A stretch of DNA of 64,000 nucleotides from Diplonema japonicum (GCA_964019335.1 OZ025723.1:124001-188000), one strand, 5' to 3'. Positions 33,852 to 45,676 are shown, counted from the first letter of the stretch. The notes: a model not told the origin generated them from the sequence alone. Numbers and translations are program-made.

Positions 33852-35627
33852 ATGCCTGCGCGACCGAGGCTGCCGCCTGCTACCGGTTACTGGGGTAACA
33901 CAGGGTACAAGGGGAAGTTTGGGGATGCGAATGTGTTGAACTTGAAGGTAGTGACGAACATCCCCCGCCACAAGGTGGTAGACGCTGCCAGTGTGGATGT
34001 CACGAAGGTCAGCGTGTTTGAATTCCTGGCCATGCTGGGCTCCATCGTGGGCCTCAGCACCAGTGAGCTGCAACTTGAGGTGAAGGGCAAGCGCTACACA
34101 GCTGCTAACTACCAGAAGCTCTCCGCCGTCGGTATTAACGGCCGTGTGCCCATCTCGCTGACGTGGACGCAGCAAGGCGCGGGGCCTGCCTTAGCAGGTA
34201 CTCCAAAGACCCCTGTGCAGCCTGCTCCCATACAAAATCAGGTGCACCCTCATCCCGAGAGGGGGGCCGTTCCTCCCGTGCAGCAGGCCCCTTATGTGCA
34301 ACAGCAGCGTCCTCACCCTGCGCAGCAAGCCCTCCCTGTTCAGCAGCTTCAACAGCAACAGGCCCTTCACGTACAGCAGCAGGCCCCGCCCGCACAGCAT
34401 CAAGCACCGCACGTACAGCAGCAGGCCCCGTTCGTACAACATCAAGCACCGCCTGTACAACAGCAGGCCCCGCCTGCACAGCAAGCCTTTCCCACTAGGG
34501 TTCTTCAGCAGGCTCCACCGGTGCAGCAGCAGGCCCCGCCAGTACAGCATCAAACACTACCCGCACAACAACAAGCACCACCTGCACAACAACAAGCACC
34601 ACTTGCACAACAACAAGCACCACCTGTACAACAACAAGCACCACCTGCACAACAAGCACCACCCGCACAGCAGAGCACGCTAGTTCAGCAAGCCATTCCT
34701 ACAGGGGTTCCTCAGCAGGCTCCTGCACAACTGCAGTTCTCGGAGCAGGGCAAAGCAAAGCAGGACTCCTCCCTGAGCAAGTCGAACTCGCGCCCATACC
34801 CTCAAAACCACCCAGTGGGGTCCAAGCCTGCGATAGGGATACATTACAAGGCAATGCCGGATAAGGGAACGCCACCTGCACCTGCGCCACCCGCCTTTGT
34901 GGCAGTGAAGACAAGGGCACACCTCAAGGAGGCGTCCTCCGCGACATCAGTGCCGACGCTGACGACGGAGTCGAGCGGAGTGGCTGCGAAGGAGATCGAG
35001 AAGGGGTCGACGCTCGGCAAGGTGAGCGTGTCGTCTACCCGTTCTCCTGACAAGCAAAAAGAAGAAAAAAAGGAAAAGGAAAAAGAGGATTTAGGAGAAA
35101 CAGAAAAGCCACCACCCACCCCACCGCCACCTTCTCCGCCTGTGCCTGTGCCTGTGATGGAAACACCAAAAGATGAACCACAAAAGCCCCAGCAAGCTGA
35201 CAAATCTGAGCTCAATGAAAAGTCGAAGATTAGGAGCAGCAGAAGCACAATAGTGAGAAGCCCCTCCCCCATAAAGGACAAGAAGCCCTGGGTACCTGTC
35301 GTCACTGGGAATTCGTACTACCAAATAGACGAGGATGTCATGCGACGGGTTCGTGCCAGGGCTCTCTCGCCTCCTCTGAAGACCCGACCTTCGTCGTGCC
35401 TTAAGAGGACTCTGTCTCCTCGGAGCAGTATCCAGCGCCCCACCCTCACCCAACAGTTCATCCCATCGCCCAGCTACGCAGGCATTAAAGAGGGTTATTA
35501 CTACGGGCATTGCGACAAAGGTCTCGGCTACATCCCGTTCACCCCGCCAAGGCGGCCTTCTAGCCCAGTGAAGCCGCTGTTCAACGCAGCCTATGAGATC
35601 CCTGATGCGTGGAACCCTCAGTACTAG
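33852..35627 (+). CDS. Low-complexity Gln/Pro-rich protein with possible N-terminal ubiquitin-like fold
   Basis: 591-aa ORF with QQQAPP(V/A) repeats. The N-terminal ~105 aa look globular (VSVFEFLAMLGSIVGLSTSELQLEVKGKRY). Confidence 0.65.
   Translation: MPARPRLPPATGYWGNTGYKGKFGDANVLNLKVVTNIPRHKVVDAASVDVTKVSVFEFLAMLGSIVGLSTSELQLEVKGKRYTAANYQKLSAVGINGRVPISLTWTQQGAGPALAGTPKTPVQPAPIQNQVHPHPERGAVPPVQQAPYVQQQRPHPAQQALPVQQLQQQQALHVQQQAPPAQHQAPHVQQQAPFVQHQAPPVQQQAPPAQQAFPTRVLQQAPPVQQQAPPVQHQTLPAQQQAPPAQQQAPLAQQQAPPVQQQAPPAQQAPPAQQSTLVQQAIPTGVPQQAPAQLQFSEQGKAKQDSSLSKSNSRPYPQNHPVGSKPAIGIHYKAMPDKGTPPAPAPPAFVAVKTRAHLKEASSATSVPTLTTESSGVAAKEIEKGSTLGKVSVSSTRSPDKQKEEKKEKEKEDLGETEKPPPTPPPPSPPVPVPVMETPKDEPQKPQQADKSELNEKSKIRSSRSTIVRSPSPIKDKKPWVPVVTGNSYYQIDEDVMRRVRARALSPPLKTRPSSCLKRTLSPRSSIQRPTLTQQFIPSPSYAGIKEGYYYGHCDKGLGYIPFTPPRRPSSPVKPLFNAAYEIPDAWNPQY
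34370..34675 (+). repeat. 21-nt coding minisatellite (QQQAPPV-type)
   Basis: Repeated caacaacaagcaccacctg / cagcaggccccgcc units. Confidence 0.85.
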
Positions 35628-35714
35628 ATTTTGTCGAAAGAACAACAACGTTTTTTTTTTTTTTTTTTTTTTTTCTTATAGAAACATCCGCAAAACTGTA
35701 TCCCCCCAGAAATT

Positions 35715-37472
35715 ATGATGTCACGGGTATTGCTTGTGGTTGGGGTGCTGGCCGTGTGCGGGGTGCACTGTGAGCAACAGCACCAAGAGAGAGATTTCAG
35801 CCACATCACCCACGAGGGTCACGTCGATGGGTTTGTGCTGGACCACGTGTGGGCGATGGAACGCGGAGAGCTTGTGAAATATCAGTTAGGGAAGACATCT
35901 AGGAAGGCACAGCCATTTGAATTTGAGGCTTTCGACCCCAACGTGAGGTCGGCGGCCCGAACAAGGAGCTTGGCAAAGCTCGCAATGGTGGCTGCATACC
36001 TGAAGGAACCCCCTTCCAGCCTCCTCCCCCTTTCCAAGGAGATCATGGATCCCATCATCACAGCAGGGGATGGAATTTACAGCCGTGTGTCATACGAGGC
36101 AGAAGTGGCCGAGATGACCAGGCTTGGGACTGTTATCTACAACGAGGTTCTTGCGGTGACCGACAGCAACTTCACGAAGGTAAGCTCCGCCTACCCGACA
36201 GCGCTCATCGCGTTCAACTTTGTAACCCCTGCTAACCTGCATGTTCTTGTCTTCCGCGGTTCGGCCAGCATGCTGGACACAGTGGACAGCGCGTCCATGG
36301 TGATTCCTCACCTTGCCTCGGGGAAGGGGAAGGAAAATTCGAAAACAGCATGGGAAACAGACGCGGGTCTTGAATGGACGGACTACCAACAAGGCCACCA
36401 CGACAAGGACACCGCAAGCGACAGGACAACCCTCCACAACGATGGAAAGGTCGCTGTTGTGGGGCTTTTCAACATGCTCGGGTTCGCCGCACTGGCCCCG
36501 ACTGGTATCACCCCCGTTGTGCAACAGGTTGCACTCGCATGGATCGCCTATGTCAGGTCGCTGAGCGGATCAATGGCCGCCATCACAGGCCACGCCCTTG
36601 GAGGTTCAAGGGCGGCGGTTGCCTCGATGACAATTAAGGAAAGAACGGATTTCGCTGTACAAACACTGACATTCGGTGGTGTGGGCGCTGCATGCTGGCC
36701 GAGGACGAACTATTTCGGTAGAATCCTATTAAACAGCAGCACCGACCAGCAACAGATCACCGAGTACGTGCATCCTCTGGACATCACAGGGCACCAGCTC
36801 GGACGTGACGTTGGCTCGCACTGCTTCGTCGGGAAGCAGGACATTACAACCTCCAACGCCATGAAATGGTGCAGGAACTCATCGGGGCTGGACCCTGCGT
36901 ACGTCATGAGGCTTGAGGTGGCTAAGGTTGTACAGCCGTTTGTCGTCCAGACCAGAGCACAGATGACAGCAGCCATGAACGCGGCAGTGCAGTCAGGCAG
37001 TGTCGCGGCGATCAGGCAGGTTACTATCCAGAACCTCACATTTGAAGGTCTTGTTGCAAACCTTGGTGGTTTTACTGCTTGGCTCAACCAGACTGAGGAG
37101 CAGGACTACATTTCTTCGCAGCAGTGTAAGTACTTCACGCACAGGCCGCTTCCTCTTTACGATGCCATCGTTGCAGAGCTCAACGCTGACGGTTCTACAA
37201 AGTCTGGCTGCGGGTACACCCGTGCTGTCGCCTGGGGCGGGGAACAGTGCCCTTGGAATTTCCCCGCGCAGCACGATGATGACGATGATTTCTTCACAGG
37301 GAAACCGGGTGGTCCCGCCTTCATCGTTTTCATCACGATTACCTTTATTGTGTTCGTTGTTGGGATTGCGACATGCTGCTCCCGTACTGAGGAAGATATG
37401 CACTCGGAATGGGACCCGGAAGAAGAAGACCAATTCATAGCTGAACAGGAAAACGCTGATCAAGAGGAGTAG
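35715..37472 (+). CDS. Type I membrane class-3 lipase-like protein, nucleophile Ser replaced by Ala
   Basis: Signal peptide, VLVFRGS oxyanion motif, ITGHALGG in place of GHSLGG, TLTFG, C-terminal TM and acidic tail. Confidence 0.8.
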   Translation: MMSRVLLVVGVLAVCGVHCEQQHQERDFSHITHEGHVDGFVLDHVWAMERGELVKYQLGKTSRKAQPFEFEAFDPNVRSAARTRSLAKLAMVAAYLKEPPSSLLPLSKEIMDPIITAGDGIYSRVSYEAEVAEMTRLGTVIYNEVLAVTDSNFTKVSSAYPTALIAFNFVTPANLHVLVFRGSASMLDTVDSASMVIPHLASGKGKENSKTAWETDAGLEWTDYQQGHHDKDTASDRTTLHNDGKVAVVGLFNMLGFAALAPTGITPVVQQVALAWIAYVRSLSGSMAAITGHALGGSRAAVASMTIKERTDFAVQTLTFGGVGAACWPRTNYFGRILLNSSTDQQQITEYVHPLDITGHQLGRDVGSHCFVGKQDITTSNAMKWCRNSSGLDPAYVMRLEVAKVVQPFVVQTRAQMTAAMNAAVQSGSVAAIRQVTIQNLTFEGLVANLGGFTAWLNQTEEQDYISSQQCKYFTHRPLPLYDAIVAELNADGSTKSGCGYTRAVAWGGEQCPWNFPAQHDDDDDFFTGKPGGPAFIVFITITFIVFVVGIATCCSRTEEDMHSEWDPEEEDQFIAEQENADQEE

Positions 37473-38655
37473 GACACAAGGTGGTCTTGATAAAAAAAAA
37501 AAAAAAAAATGGGGTCAAAAAAAAAGGGGGATATCCGTTTCTGTTTGATAGAAAGAAAAAGAAGGAAAAAAAGAAGAAAAAAAAAGAAAAGAAAAAAAAA
37601 AAAAAAAAAAACGGGGGCGTTCCGAGGAATTCTTTTTTGTTGATGTGTGTTGATTCTATTTTTTTGCTCAGTTTTTCTTTTTTTTTTTTTTACTTCTCCT
37701 CAAAAAGGGTGGAGGGAATGGGGAAATTTAAAAAAAAAAAAAGAAAAAGAAAGTAGGGGGAGATGCAGGGTGATGGTTAAATTTTAAAAAAAAAAAGTGT
37801 AGTTATGCCCCAGCCTCGGTTAAGGAGGGAGAGAAAAAAAAATGAGAATACCCTGTGCGCTCCTGTTCCCCCTCCCCTCCCTCCCCCTCCCACTAGTTCC
37901 CATTCCATTCAAAATTCGTAGCTCAGAGCTGAGTGTTTTCCATTCCCCCCCCCAAAAAAAAAGATTTTTACAAGGTCAAGCAGAGGAAAAAAGGTTGGAA
38001 AGAAAATGTTTTTTTTTTCTTCTTTTTTTCTCTTCCTTCGCTTTTTGATTTGCTTAACCTAGCCCCCCTTTTTATCCCCCAGCTTTGTTTTTTTTTTTCG
38101 GTTTTCTTTTTTTTTTTTTTTTTTGCCTTCCCCTCCTCTTGCAGCTAAAAATAAAAACTGGAAAAAAAAATGAAGAAGCGCTGCCCTTTCCCCCTCAAAA
38201 TAAAGAGGACAATTCTTTTTAACCCATCCCCTGTAGGTGCATTATTTGCCCCCCTCCCCCCTTCTTCCCCTTTTTTTATTTTTACAGTGGGAAGTACTTT
38301 CTTAGAAAGAAGGAGCGTTCTGAGGCAGTAATGTAGGCTAGGTGATTGTAGGATCACACTAGAAAGCGAGAGGTACTATAAAAATAAAATAAAAAAAATA
38401 ATAAGCGAGAATATTCCTGCCCGCCTGCCCCCCACTCTCCCCAGCTGTGTAGAGCTTTTTTTTTTTTTTCCTTTTTTTTCCCGCTTAGTATCCTTTTCCG
38501 TCCCATTTCCCCCTTTTTTTCTTCCCATACCTCCGCGCTCCTTTGAAATGGAAAAAAAAAAAAGAAAAAAAAATCGAGTTTAGTTTCAGCTGACTACTAG
38601 AAAATATAAAAAAAAAAAAAAAATGAAAAAAAATAAGATCGAGAAAAAAAAAGGG

Positions 38656-38687
<32 letters not shown>

Positions 38688-39418
38688 GAATAAGAAAAAA
38701 AAAATTGAAATAATACCCGCAAAAAGTCGGAAGGAGAAAAAGAAAGAAAAAAAAAAGAGAATTCCTTGAGGGGAAGGAGGGCCCTTTTTCTTTTTTTAAA
38801 GAGGATCCTGTCACGCACAGCAGGTTTTCTTTCAAAAACACGTTTTAAAATCACTTCCTCCATTCCTTCCGACTTGGGCCCCCCCTCTATGGTTCTCTTT
38901 CTTTCCCTTCCCTAATTCCCTCCAGTATCACTTCTTTTTTTACCCCTTCTTCCTTTTCTTTCTGTGTGGTGTACTTTCTTTCTTTTTTTTCTTTTTTTTT
39001 TTGCTACCCCCCCGCCATCTCCCCCATCTTTTTTTTTCTTTTTATATTTTTTTTTTTTCCCTCCCTCCACCTCGTAGGTTTATGAGTGTGTGAGTGGCAC
39101 TTTGTTTTTTTTTTGTTCCTTTCTCTCCTCCCCCCCCTTTTTTTTTACCCCATTTCACCTTTTTTTTTTGTCCCACCCCCCTTTTTTCTTCTTCTTTTTT
39201 CCTTCTATATTTTATTGCGTTGCTGTATCGATGGGGGGGGGAAAAAATAATAAAAAATCTGGGCTGTCGAACTGCTCTTTTTTTTTTCTTCTTGGCGTAT
39301 TAAGACGGGGGCGGCTATGCTGGGCAAGAAACGGGGAAACGTTTCCGTTTCCACAAAAAAAAAAAAAATGTCCGAGTTATTTTGGCGACCGGACATTTGT
39401 TCATTTTACAGTGTTTAG

Positions 39419-39451
<33 letters not shown>

Positions 39452-39455
<4 letters not shown>

Positions 39456-39922
39456 AGGTGAGAATAAATGTTCCCAAAACAGGTCTTACAGATGATGGTG
39501 TGAAAGTGATAGGGGAAGGACTTGACACAAAAGAGTGCCCAACTAATTATATCGATTTGAGCCACAACAGCAAAGTCACGGATCTGGGTGTCTTCTACTT
39601 GGCGAGAGGGCTGGCAAAGAACACTACCGTTCAAGTTCTAAAGCTAAACGGCACGGGTCTCACAGACCGAGGACTGGACGTTATTGCCAAGGCCCTTGAA
39701 ACAAATTCGGCCCTGCGAGATCTAAGCATAAAGGGTACTTCCGTAACTCCCGCAGGGCTGCAGAGCTTTTCCAGATCAATTCAATTGCACAACAGAAGCC
39801 TGAAAACCCTGGAGACAAGCCCGCACCTCCCTGCATGCAAAGGCCTCACTCGATGCCCCGGGAAGAAGGCACCTGAGGCGAACACGGGGAACGGAAATTC
39901 TTGGACAAATTTTCATTTTTGA
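39452..39922 (+). CDS. Small RNI-like leucine-rich-repeat protein
   Basis: LRR motifs IDLSHNSKVTDLGVFYLARGL and LKLNGTGLTDRGLDVIAKALETNSALRDLSI. Confidence 0.75.
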
Positions 39923-40075
39923 CACACAAAAAAAAAAAACAAAAAAAAAAAAAAAAAAAAAAAAAAAGCACAATAACACAGGGGAGGAAAGGGGGAAAAA
40001 AAAAAGAAAAAAAGAAAAAAAAAAAAAAAACAAGAAAAAAAAAAAATCCTCCGGCACCCAAATGTATAAGGCCCG

Positions 40076-40460
40076 ATGACGGACTCACCTGCGAAGCGCG
40101 CGCCAGTAACTGGAACAAGGGTTGTGCGGAGTAAGGGAGATGTGAGGAGCCCCTTGAAAAGCAGCCTCGGAAGCAGCACAGGTAGCATAGGCGAGGATAA
40201 AAAGAAGAGACCGTACACAACCCCAAGCAGGCCTGGACAGGAGAAGAGGGACCCGACGACACCCACACGTACCGTCCGCCCTTACCGGCCTAACACCGGT
40301 GGAGTGGAGAGACCTTCAGCAACAGGCATGATGGCAGTTGTAGAAAGCGATGATTTCGATGACCCCTCGGTCAACTTTAATGAACCGATCGAGTGGATCA
40401 ATGAAGAAACACCCCCTCCACTACCTTCTCAGCCATCGCTTCAACAACCGCAGCGACAGC

Positions 40461-40498
<38 letters not shown>

Positions 40499-40754
40499 CC
40501 TCTTGAACTGACCAGTTCTTCCATGTCCTTGGGGCGGGACGGGTGCAGAGTGCGGACCGGGAGCAAGACCTTGATAGGTAAAGGTTCCTTTGGTCATGTG
40601 TACAAAGGCCTCCACGAGGGAACCAATCAGATTGTGGCCATCAAGGAGGTGCATCTCACCGGGGAGTCGGCCGACAAGGTGACGATGATAAAGAAGGAGA
40701 TCCAGTTGATGAAACGACTGGACCATCCAAACATTGTGAGGTGTTTAAAAAAAA

Positions 40755-40800
<46 letters not shown>

Positions 40801-41930
40801 AAAAGATACCTTGGTGCGGAGCGTGTGCGAACGCAACTACACATTTATCTTGAGTTCGTGACGGGGGGCAGCATGGCGTCTTTGGTGAAGGAGTACGGGC
40901 CTTTGACAGAGGTCATGGCCCGGAAGTACAGCAAACAGGTGCTGGACGGGCTGCACTACCTCCATAAAAATAAAATTGTACATCGGGATATTAAAGGTGT
41001 GTGAAACCTGGGACGGGAAAAAAAAAAAAAATAAAAAAAAAAAAATAACTATTTATTGCCAACAAATAATGAGTCATTATTTAACTCGAGTTCCCGAATT
41101 TTTTGCACGAGGGCCCGCAGGGCCCGAGTGCAAAAAAACGGGTAACGAGTGTTAAATAATGGCTCATTTGGCGGCAAGTAAGTCGTTTTATTTCACTCTT
41201 CGTCATTTGAGTCACTCACTCTTCACTGCTTTCACTGCTGTTTTTTTTCACGCAGGTCAGCTTTTTGGGGATTTTCCTAAGGTAATACAGGGTAGCTATT
41301 TCGCCGTGGCATTTAAAGGGGAAGTAAGGCACTTATTCCCACTTTTAAGGGCTGGAATGGCCTCAGATGGCCAAAAATAGTCAAAATACCCCCACCCCAA
41401 AAAAATTTTTCAAGGGGTTGGGTGCATTTTTTTCCACGACAAGACCCATTTTTTCACTCTGAAGGGCCATTATTTAACTGCAAAATCTCATTATTTAACT
41501 AGTTAAATAATGGCGATTTCGCGTTAAATAATGGCCGTTTCGCGTTAAATAATGGCCATTTCGCGTTAAATAATGAGGCCCCTAGTGAGTGAAGAAAATG
41601 ACGAAGAGTGAAATAAAAAAAAAAAAACGGTGTTTTACAACGAGTGGAAAAAAACCAGATCCGTTGTTTTTTACAAGTTACAAGTTTTACTGGGCTGCAG
41701 GGGTCGCGGCTGCTTCTTTCACGGCGGCGGTCAAAACCGCGGCATGAGCCGTACACGTGGTGGTCTCTAGTTGTAGGTTATTTACTTTTTTTTCTTCTAA
41801 AGGTGAGGATGTCGTTGACATTGATTGTCAAGGCACATCTTTTTTTCGTCTTTTTGCGCTCCATATCGTCAAATGCGTATTAGTAATTTTTCATTTCCCT
41901 GCACCTGTTTTTCTTTTATATATATATATA

Positions 41931-41973
<43 letters not shown>

Positions 41974-42603
41974 GACAACCTCCTCGTTGGTACTGACGGG
42001 ACGGTAAAACTGGCAGATTTCGGAACATCGAAAGAGCTGAGGACGTTGGCTGTGACGGTGACAGGTGTTTAGAGGGAGGGGGAAAAAAAAAAAAAAAAAA
42101 ACAAAACAAAAAAAAAAAGGCACCGCATGTTTCATGGCACCAGAGGTGATCAGGGGGACGGGCCATGGGTTGGAGAGCGATATCTGGAGTTTTGGTTGTG
42201 CGGTATGTCCCCTTCCCCCCTCAAATTTCCCCCCTATTCTCAGGTTATCGAGATGCTCAATGGCAGGCCACCCTTCGCAAATTTCAATGGAAATCAGTAT
42301 GCCACAATGATGCATATTGCTGGTTTAAGCAGTGTGGGTGACGAAATTCCAAGTCACATAGAGGGCGAAGTGCGGGGTTTTCTGGGGCAATGCCTTCAGA
42401 TCTCCCCGGAAAATCGTAGTTGTGCGTCACAGTTGCAAGACTGTACTTGGTTCCATCCCTCCTTTCCGACCAGCCCCCCTGCGGTTACCGAAATCGTGCC
42501 AGACAGCGAAGAGCTTTCCTCTGATCCGCACAGCCCCCATGAGATTGCGACCGATGCTGGTGATTTCAACCCCATGTTAAGCTATGTTGGGTCTGAGACT
42601 TAA
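40076..42603 (+). CDS. STE11/MEKK-family (MAP3K-like) Ser/Thr kinase, 463 aa
   Basis: join(40076..40740,40806..40996,41972..42064,42120..42202,42244..42603) restores GKGSFG, VAIK, HPNIVR|Y, HRDIK|GDNLL, DFG, G|TACFMAPE, DIWSFGCA|VIEM. Confidence 0.92.
41044..41618 (+). mobile_element. Non-autonomous hairpin/offset-IR element, subfamily B, inside kinase intron 2
   Basis: About 125-nt left hairpin centred on gggccc-gca-gggccc. Perfect 23-bp IR ttttatttcactcttcgtcattt / aaatgacgaagagtgaaataaaa. Left end aataactatttattgccaacaaataatga resembles subfamily A aatagctatttactgccaacaagtaatga. Confidence 0.85.
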
Positions 42604-42609
42604 AGGATG

Positions 42610-42652
<43 letters not shown>

Positions 42653-43420
42653 CATTCAACTCGGTACTGAGTTAAATGAGAGGAATATGAGGTGTTCGAT
42701 ATCTCCCTCATTTGTATATATGAACGGAGGAAAGAAAGAAGAAGAAGAAAAAGAAAGAGGGGGAGGAAAAAAAAAATCTTTTTTTTTATTGCGAGATTTC
42801 TTTTTTTTGGGGGGGGGAGTCGAGAAAAAAAGACCATTGGATCACCAAAAAAAGTACCATGCATGTATTTTTTTTTTTCTCTTTTTTGAATATTTCTGAC
42901 TTCTCACTGGGAGCCATGATGCTTCACTATCTCAGGATGTGGAGCCAAAAAAAAAAAAAAAAAAAAAAAAACGCTGTCCCTTCACTGCATCCTAATTTGC
43001 CTTTTTTCTTTGGGGTAAAAATACACAAAAAAAAGTACTTTTTTTTAGTGGTCTAAGGGGGTTAACAAAAAAAAACTGTAAAAACAACAACAACACCAAC
43101 AACAACAAGGAAAGTTTAAAGAAGGGAGAAGGGGGAGGAAGGGAGGGAGGGAAAATAAAGGGCGAGTATTCTGTACTAATTCCCCATCCCCATTATTTTA
43201 TGGTTACACCCCTTACAAGCCAAGGAATATTCGGGGGGGGGGGATTCATTATAGTTCTTATCTTTTTTTTCTTCCCGCTTCCTCTTTCTCTTCTTCTCTT
43301 TCTTCCTATTACTTGAAGAGCATGCCTTCCCCTTCCCTTTCGTTTTTTTTTTTTTTTTTATCCTCTCGTTATTTCTCGTTAGTTAACCCATACACACCTT
43401 TTTTCGGTTATTCAAAGAAG

Positions 43421-43455
<35 letters not shown>

Positions 43456-44361
43456 GAAAACAAAAAACTTGTACAACAAACTGCCCAAGGAAGGGCAGTC
43501 TTCCCAGTCCTCCTCTCCCTCGCTTCACCCCACTCCTCTTCGTCACCTCTGCGTCGACTGCTACCGCGCTGCTGCAGCGACAGCTCCCAAGCGGGGATTT
43601 TTTTTTATTCTTCGCTTTCTGTAAGGGGAAAGATGCAGGTGGAAGGCGAGAACAAAGGAGGAAAAGAAAGGGGGGAGGGGTGCTTCTCACAAGATTTCCT
43701 TTAACTCATATATTATTCCTTCCGGAAATTTCTTTTGTTTACAGCAAATCACGGTTTTCCCCATATTTTCGCACCGAGGTGTGGCAGTTATCAAAAACAG
43801 TCTCTAAAGGGCTTTTTCTTTTTTTTTCCTTTTTTTTTTTTCCTGGAACAAGAATACAAGCTTTGAAAAGAATTGTTATTGCAAAAAAAAAAAAAAAAAA
43901 AAAAAAGAGTGGAAGGCGTCCATTTATCCCTACTGTAGGTGAAAACGGCTTGCACATACAACAATCAGCCGGCTCTTTTTTTTCTTTTTTTTTTATTTTT
44001 CAAATATGCCCTCCGGGTAAAAAAAAAAAAAGAAAAAAAAAAAAAAAAGTATTTTGGGAAACCGTTGTAAATGGAATTGAAAAAAAGAAGAAAAAAACAA
44101 AAAAACGGGGAAAAAAAACAAGAGAGAAAGGGGGGTAGGGAAACATAGCGACATCCCTCCCCCCCCCCCCCCCCCCGTTGATTTTTATTTGCCTTTTTTA
44201 TTTATTTATTCCCATCCTTTCCCGGCACTTCTTCTCCCCTCCCCGTCCCCCACACACACAGGTTTTCCTCTTTTTTTTTTTTTTTTTTTTTTTCTTCTCT
44301 TTTTTTTTAAAACCACGTAAGTAATGACACCAAAGGGAAAAAAAAAAAAAAAAAAAAAAAA

Positions 44362-45117
44362 ATGCGTAGCTTATTGGTGGTTTTGCTTTTGACAAGCTTT
44401 GCAAACAGCGAAGAAGAAGGGTTCAAAAGATATGCAGACATGACTGATGAGGAGCTCGAACAAGCAGAAAAGCTCAAAGGCGTGACAAAATGCAAGGCGT
44501 GCGAAGATTTCGTTGAAAAGGTAGAAGAGGAAATGGTGAAAATTCCAAAGGGCACGAAGAGTGCTCTAAAGGAAGTCAGGGCCATAGAAATACTAGAAAC
44601 CATCTGCCAGGCAAGCGATCAACGGTTATATTGCGAGGAGGCTGCAGAAGCGATTGAGGACGATCTTATCGCTTACGTCAAAAAAGGCAAAAAAAAAAAA
44701 GATTACAAAGAAGAAATCTGCGCCCCAATGTGCTCCTGGAAGTCCAGCATCAAAACAGGCATCGAGGACATGAACAGTAACTTTATTGAGAACGTGAAAA
44801 AGCAGGAGGTCGAAAAGCGCATAAACGAGATGAAGGCGCAACAGCAAGAAGAACGCAAGAGAAGAGCCGCCAGATCCTTCTCAGAAAGATTCATGGACGA
44901 AGTGGAACTCCTGAAAAAGGACTTGGAAGGGTATTGGCTGTTGATCTTTCTTGGCATGGCCGTAATTTTTGTACTGATGGTGGTTATACAGGTAACATGT
45001 AAAAAAAAAAAAAAAAAAAAAAAAATCCAGGTGTGGTGCATTATCCATAGCAACAATGCAAAGCTTGCGGAATACCGCCGGTTGAAAGGCGAGGAAGCGA
45101 AGAAAAAGAATGCTTGA
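44362..45117 (+). CDS. Saposin-B-like (Canopy-like) membrane protein
   Basis: join(44362..44991,45031..45117). Signal peptide, saposin Cys pattern CKAC..IC..YC..IC..MC, coiled coil, C-terminal TM. Confidence 0.75.
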   Translation: MRSLLVVLLLTSFANSEEEGFKRYADMTDEELEQAEKLKGVTKCKACEDFVEKVEEEMVKIPKGTKSALKEVRAIEILETICQASDQRLYCEEAAEAIEDDLIAYVKKGKKKKDYKEEICAPMCSWKSSIKTGIEDMNSNFIENVKKQEVEKRINEMKAQQQEERKRRAARSFSERFMDEVELLKKDLEGYWLLIFLGMAVIFVLMVVIQVTCKKKKKKKKIQVWCIIHSNNAKLAEYRRLKGEEAKKKNA

Positions 45118-45235
45118 AAAAAAAAAAAAAAAAAAAAAAAATGGTAACGTCCACTCCCACCTCCCCTTTAACAATAAGATTCCTCTTTTTTTCTCTTTTT
45201 TTTTTTCCCCTACGGCAGTAGAAAAAAAAAAGGAG

Positions 45236-45295
<60 letters not shown>

Positions 45296-45304
45296 ACTAT
45301 ATAA

Positions 45305-45676
45305 ATGCTTCCCATGGCCCCTTCACTCAACTATGCGCCCGATCCAGGAGACCCAATGAACTCTGGGCCGGGTATCCCAGACCTTTACACCGGACCGTAC
45401 CCTGTGACCCTGGACAAAATGAATGTGGGGTTCATCTTCCCTCCTTCAAAGAGCGACCTGTCGGTGTGTGCTTTTTCTTTTTTTGAAAAATGAGTTGAAT
45501 TTTGTTATACCCTCCCCTCCTCAACTAGTTCACATGCAGTGGCTGTGGAATCCCCTCTCGTATCAACAAGCAGTTCAAGAAGCCGGGAACGGGGGTGTAT
45601 GTCCTTGGAAAAAAAAAAAGAAAAAAAAAAGAAGAAGAAAAAAAAAAAAACAGGAATGGGGGTACCTTCGCACACC

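Noticed and set aside
41489-41512. Bacterial dif/Xer site (GTTAAAT core)
   Set aside because: Only a 7-bp match, with no XerC arm or 6-bp spacer. Better explained as element iterons.
39452-42603. Single LRR-kinase fusion gene
   Set aside because: The LRR ORF ends in a stop at 39922, and I found no convincing GT donor linking it to the kinase frame.
6626-45030. Poly-Lys/Phe inserts as real protein sequence in in-frame ORFs (6626-6667, 15495-15539, 19514-19561, 44992-45030)
   Set aside because: Each is bounded by GT..AG and matches the frame-breaking introns in size and content, so they are treated as introns. cDNA is needed for proof.
222-45032. Introns as introner/TSD-derived insertions (CCCAGG at both RPS6 junctions, ATACAGGT/ATCCAGGT at 44986/45025)
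   Set aside because: Only 8 of 22 introns show AG|G at both ends, consistent with ordinary proto-splice-site bias. Intron bodies share no sequence beyond runs.
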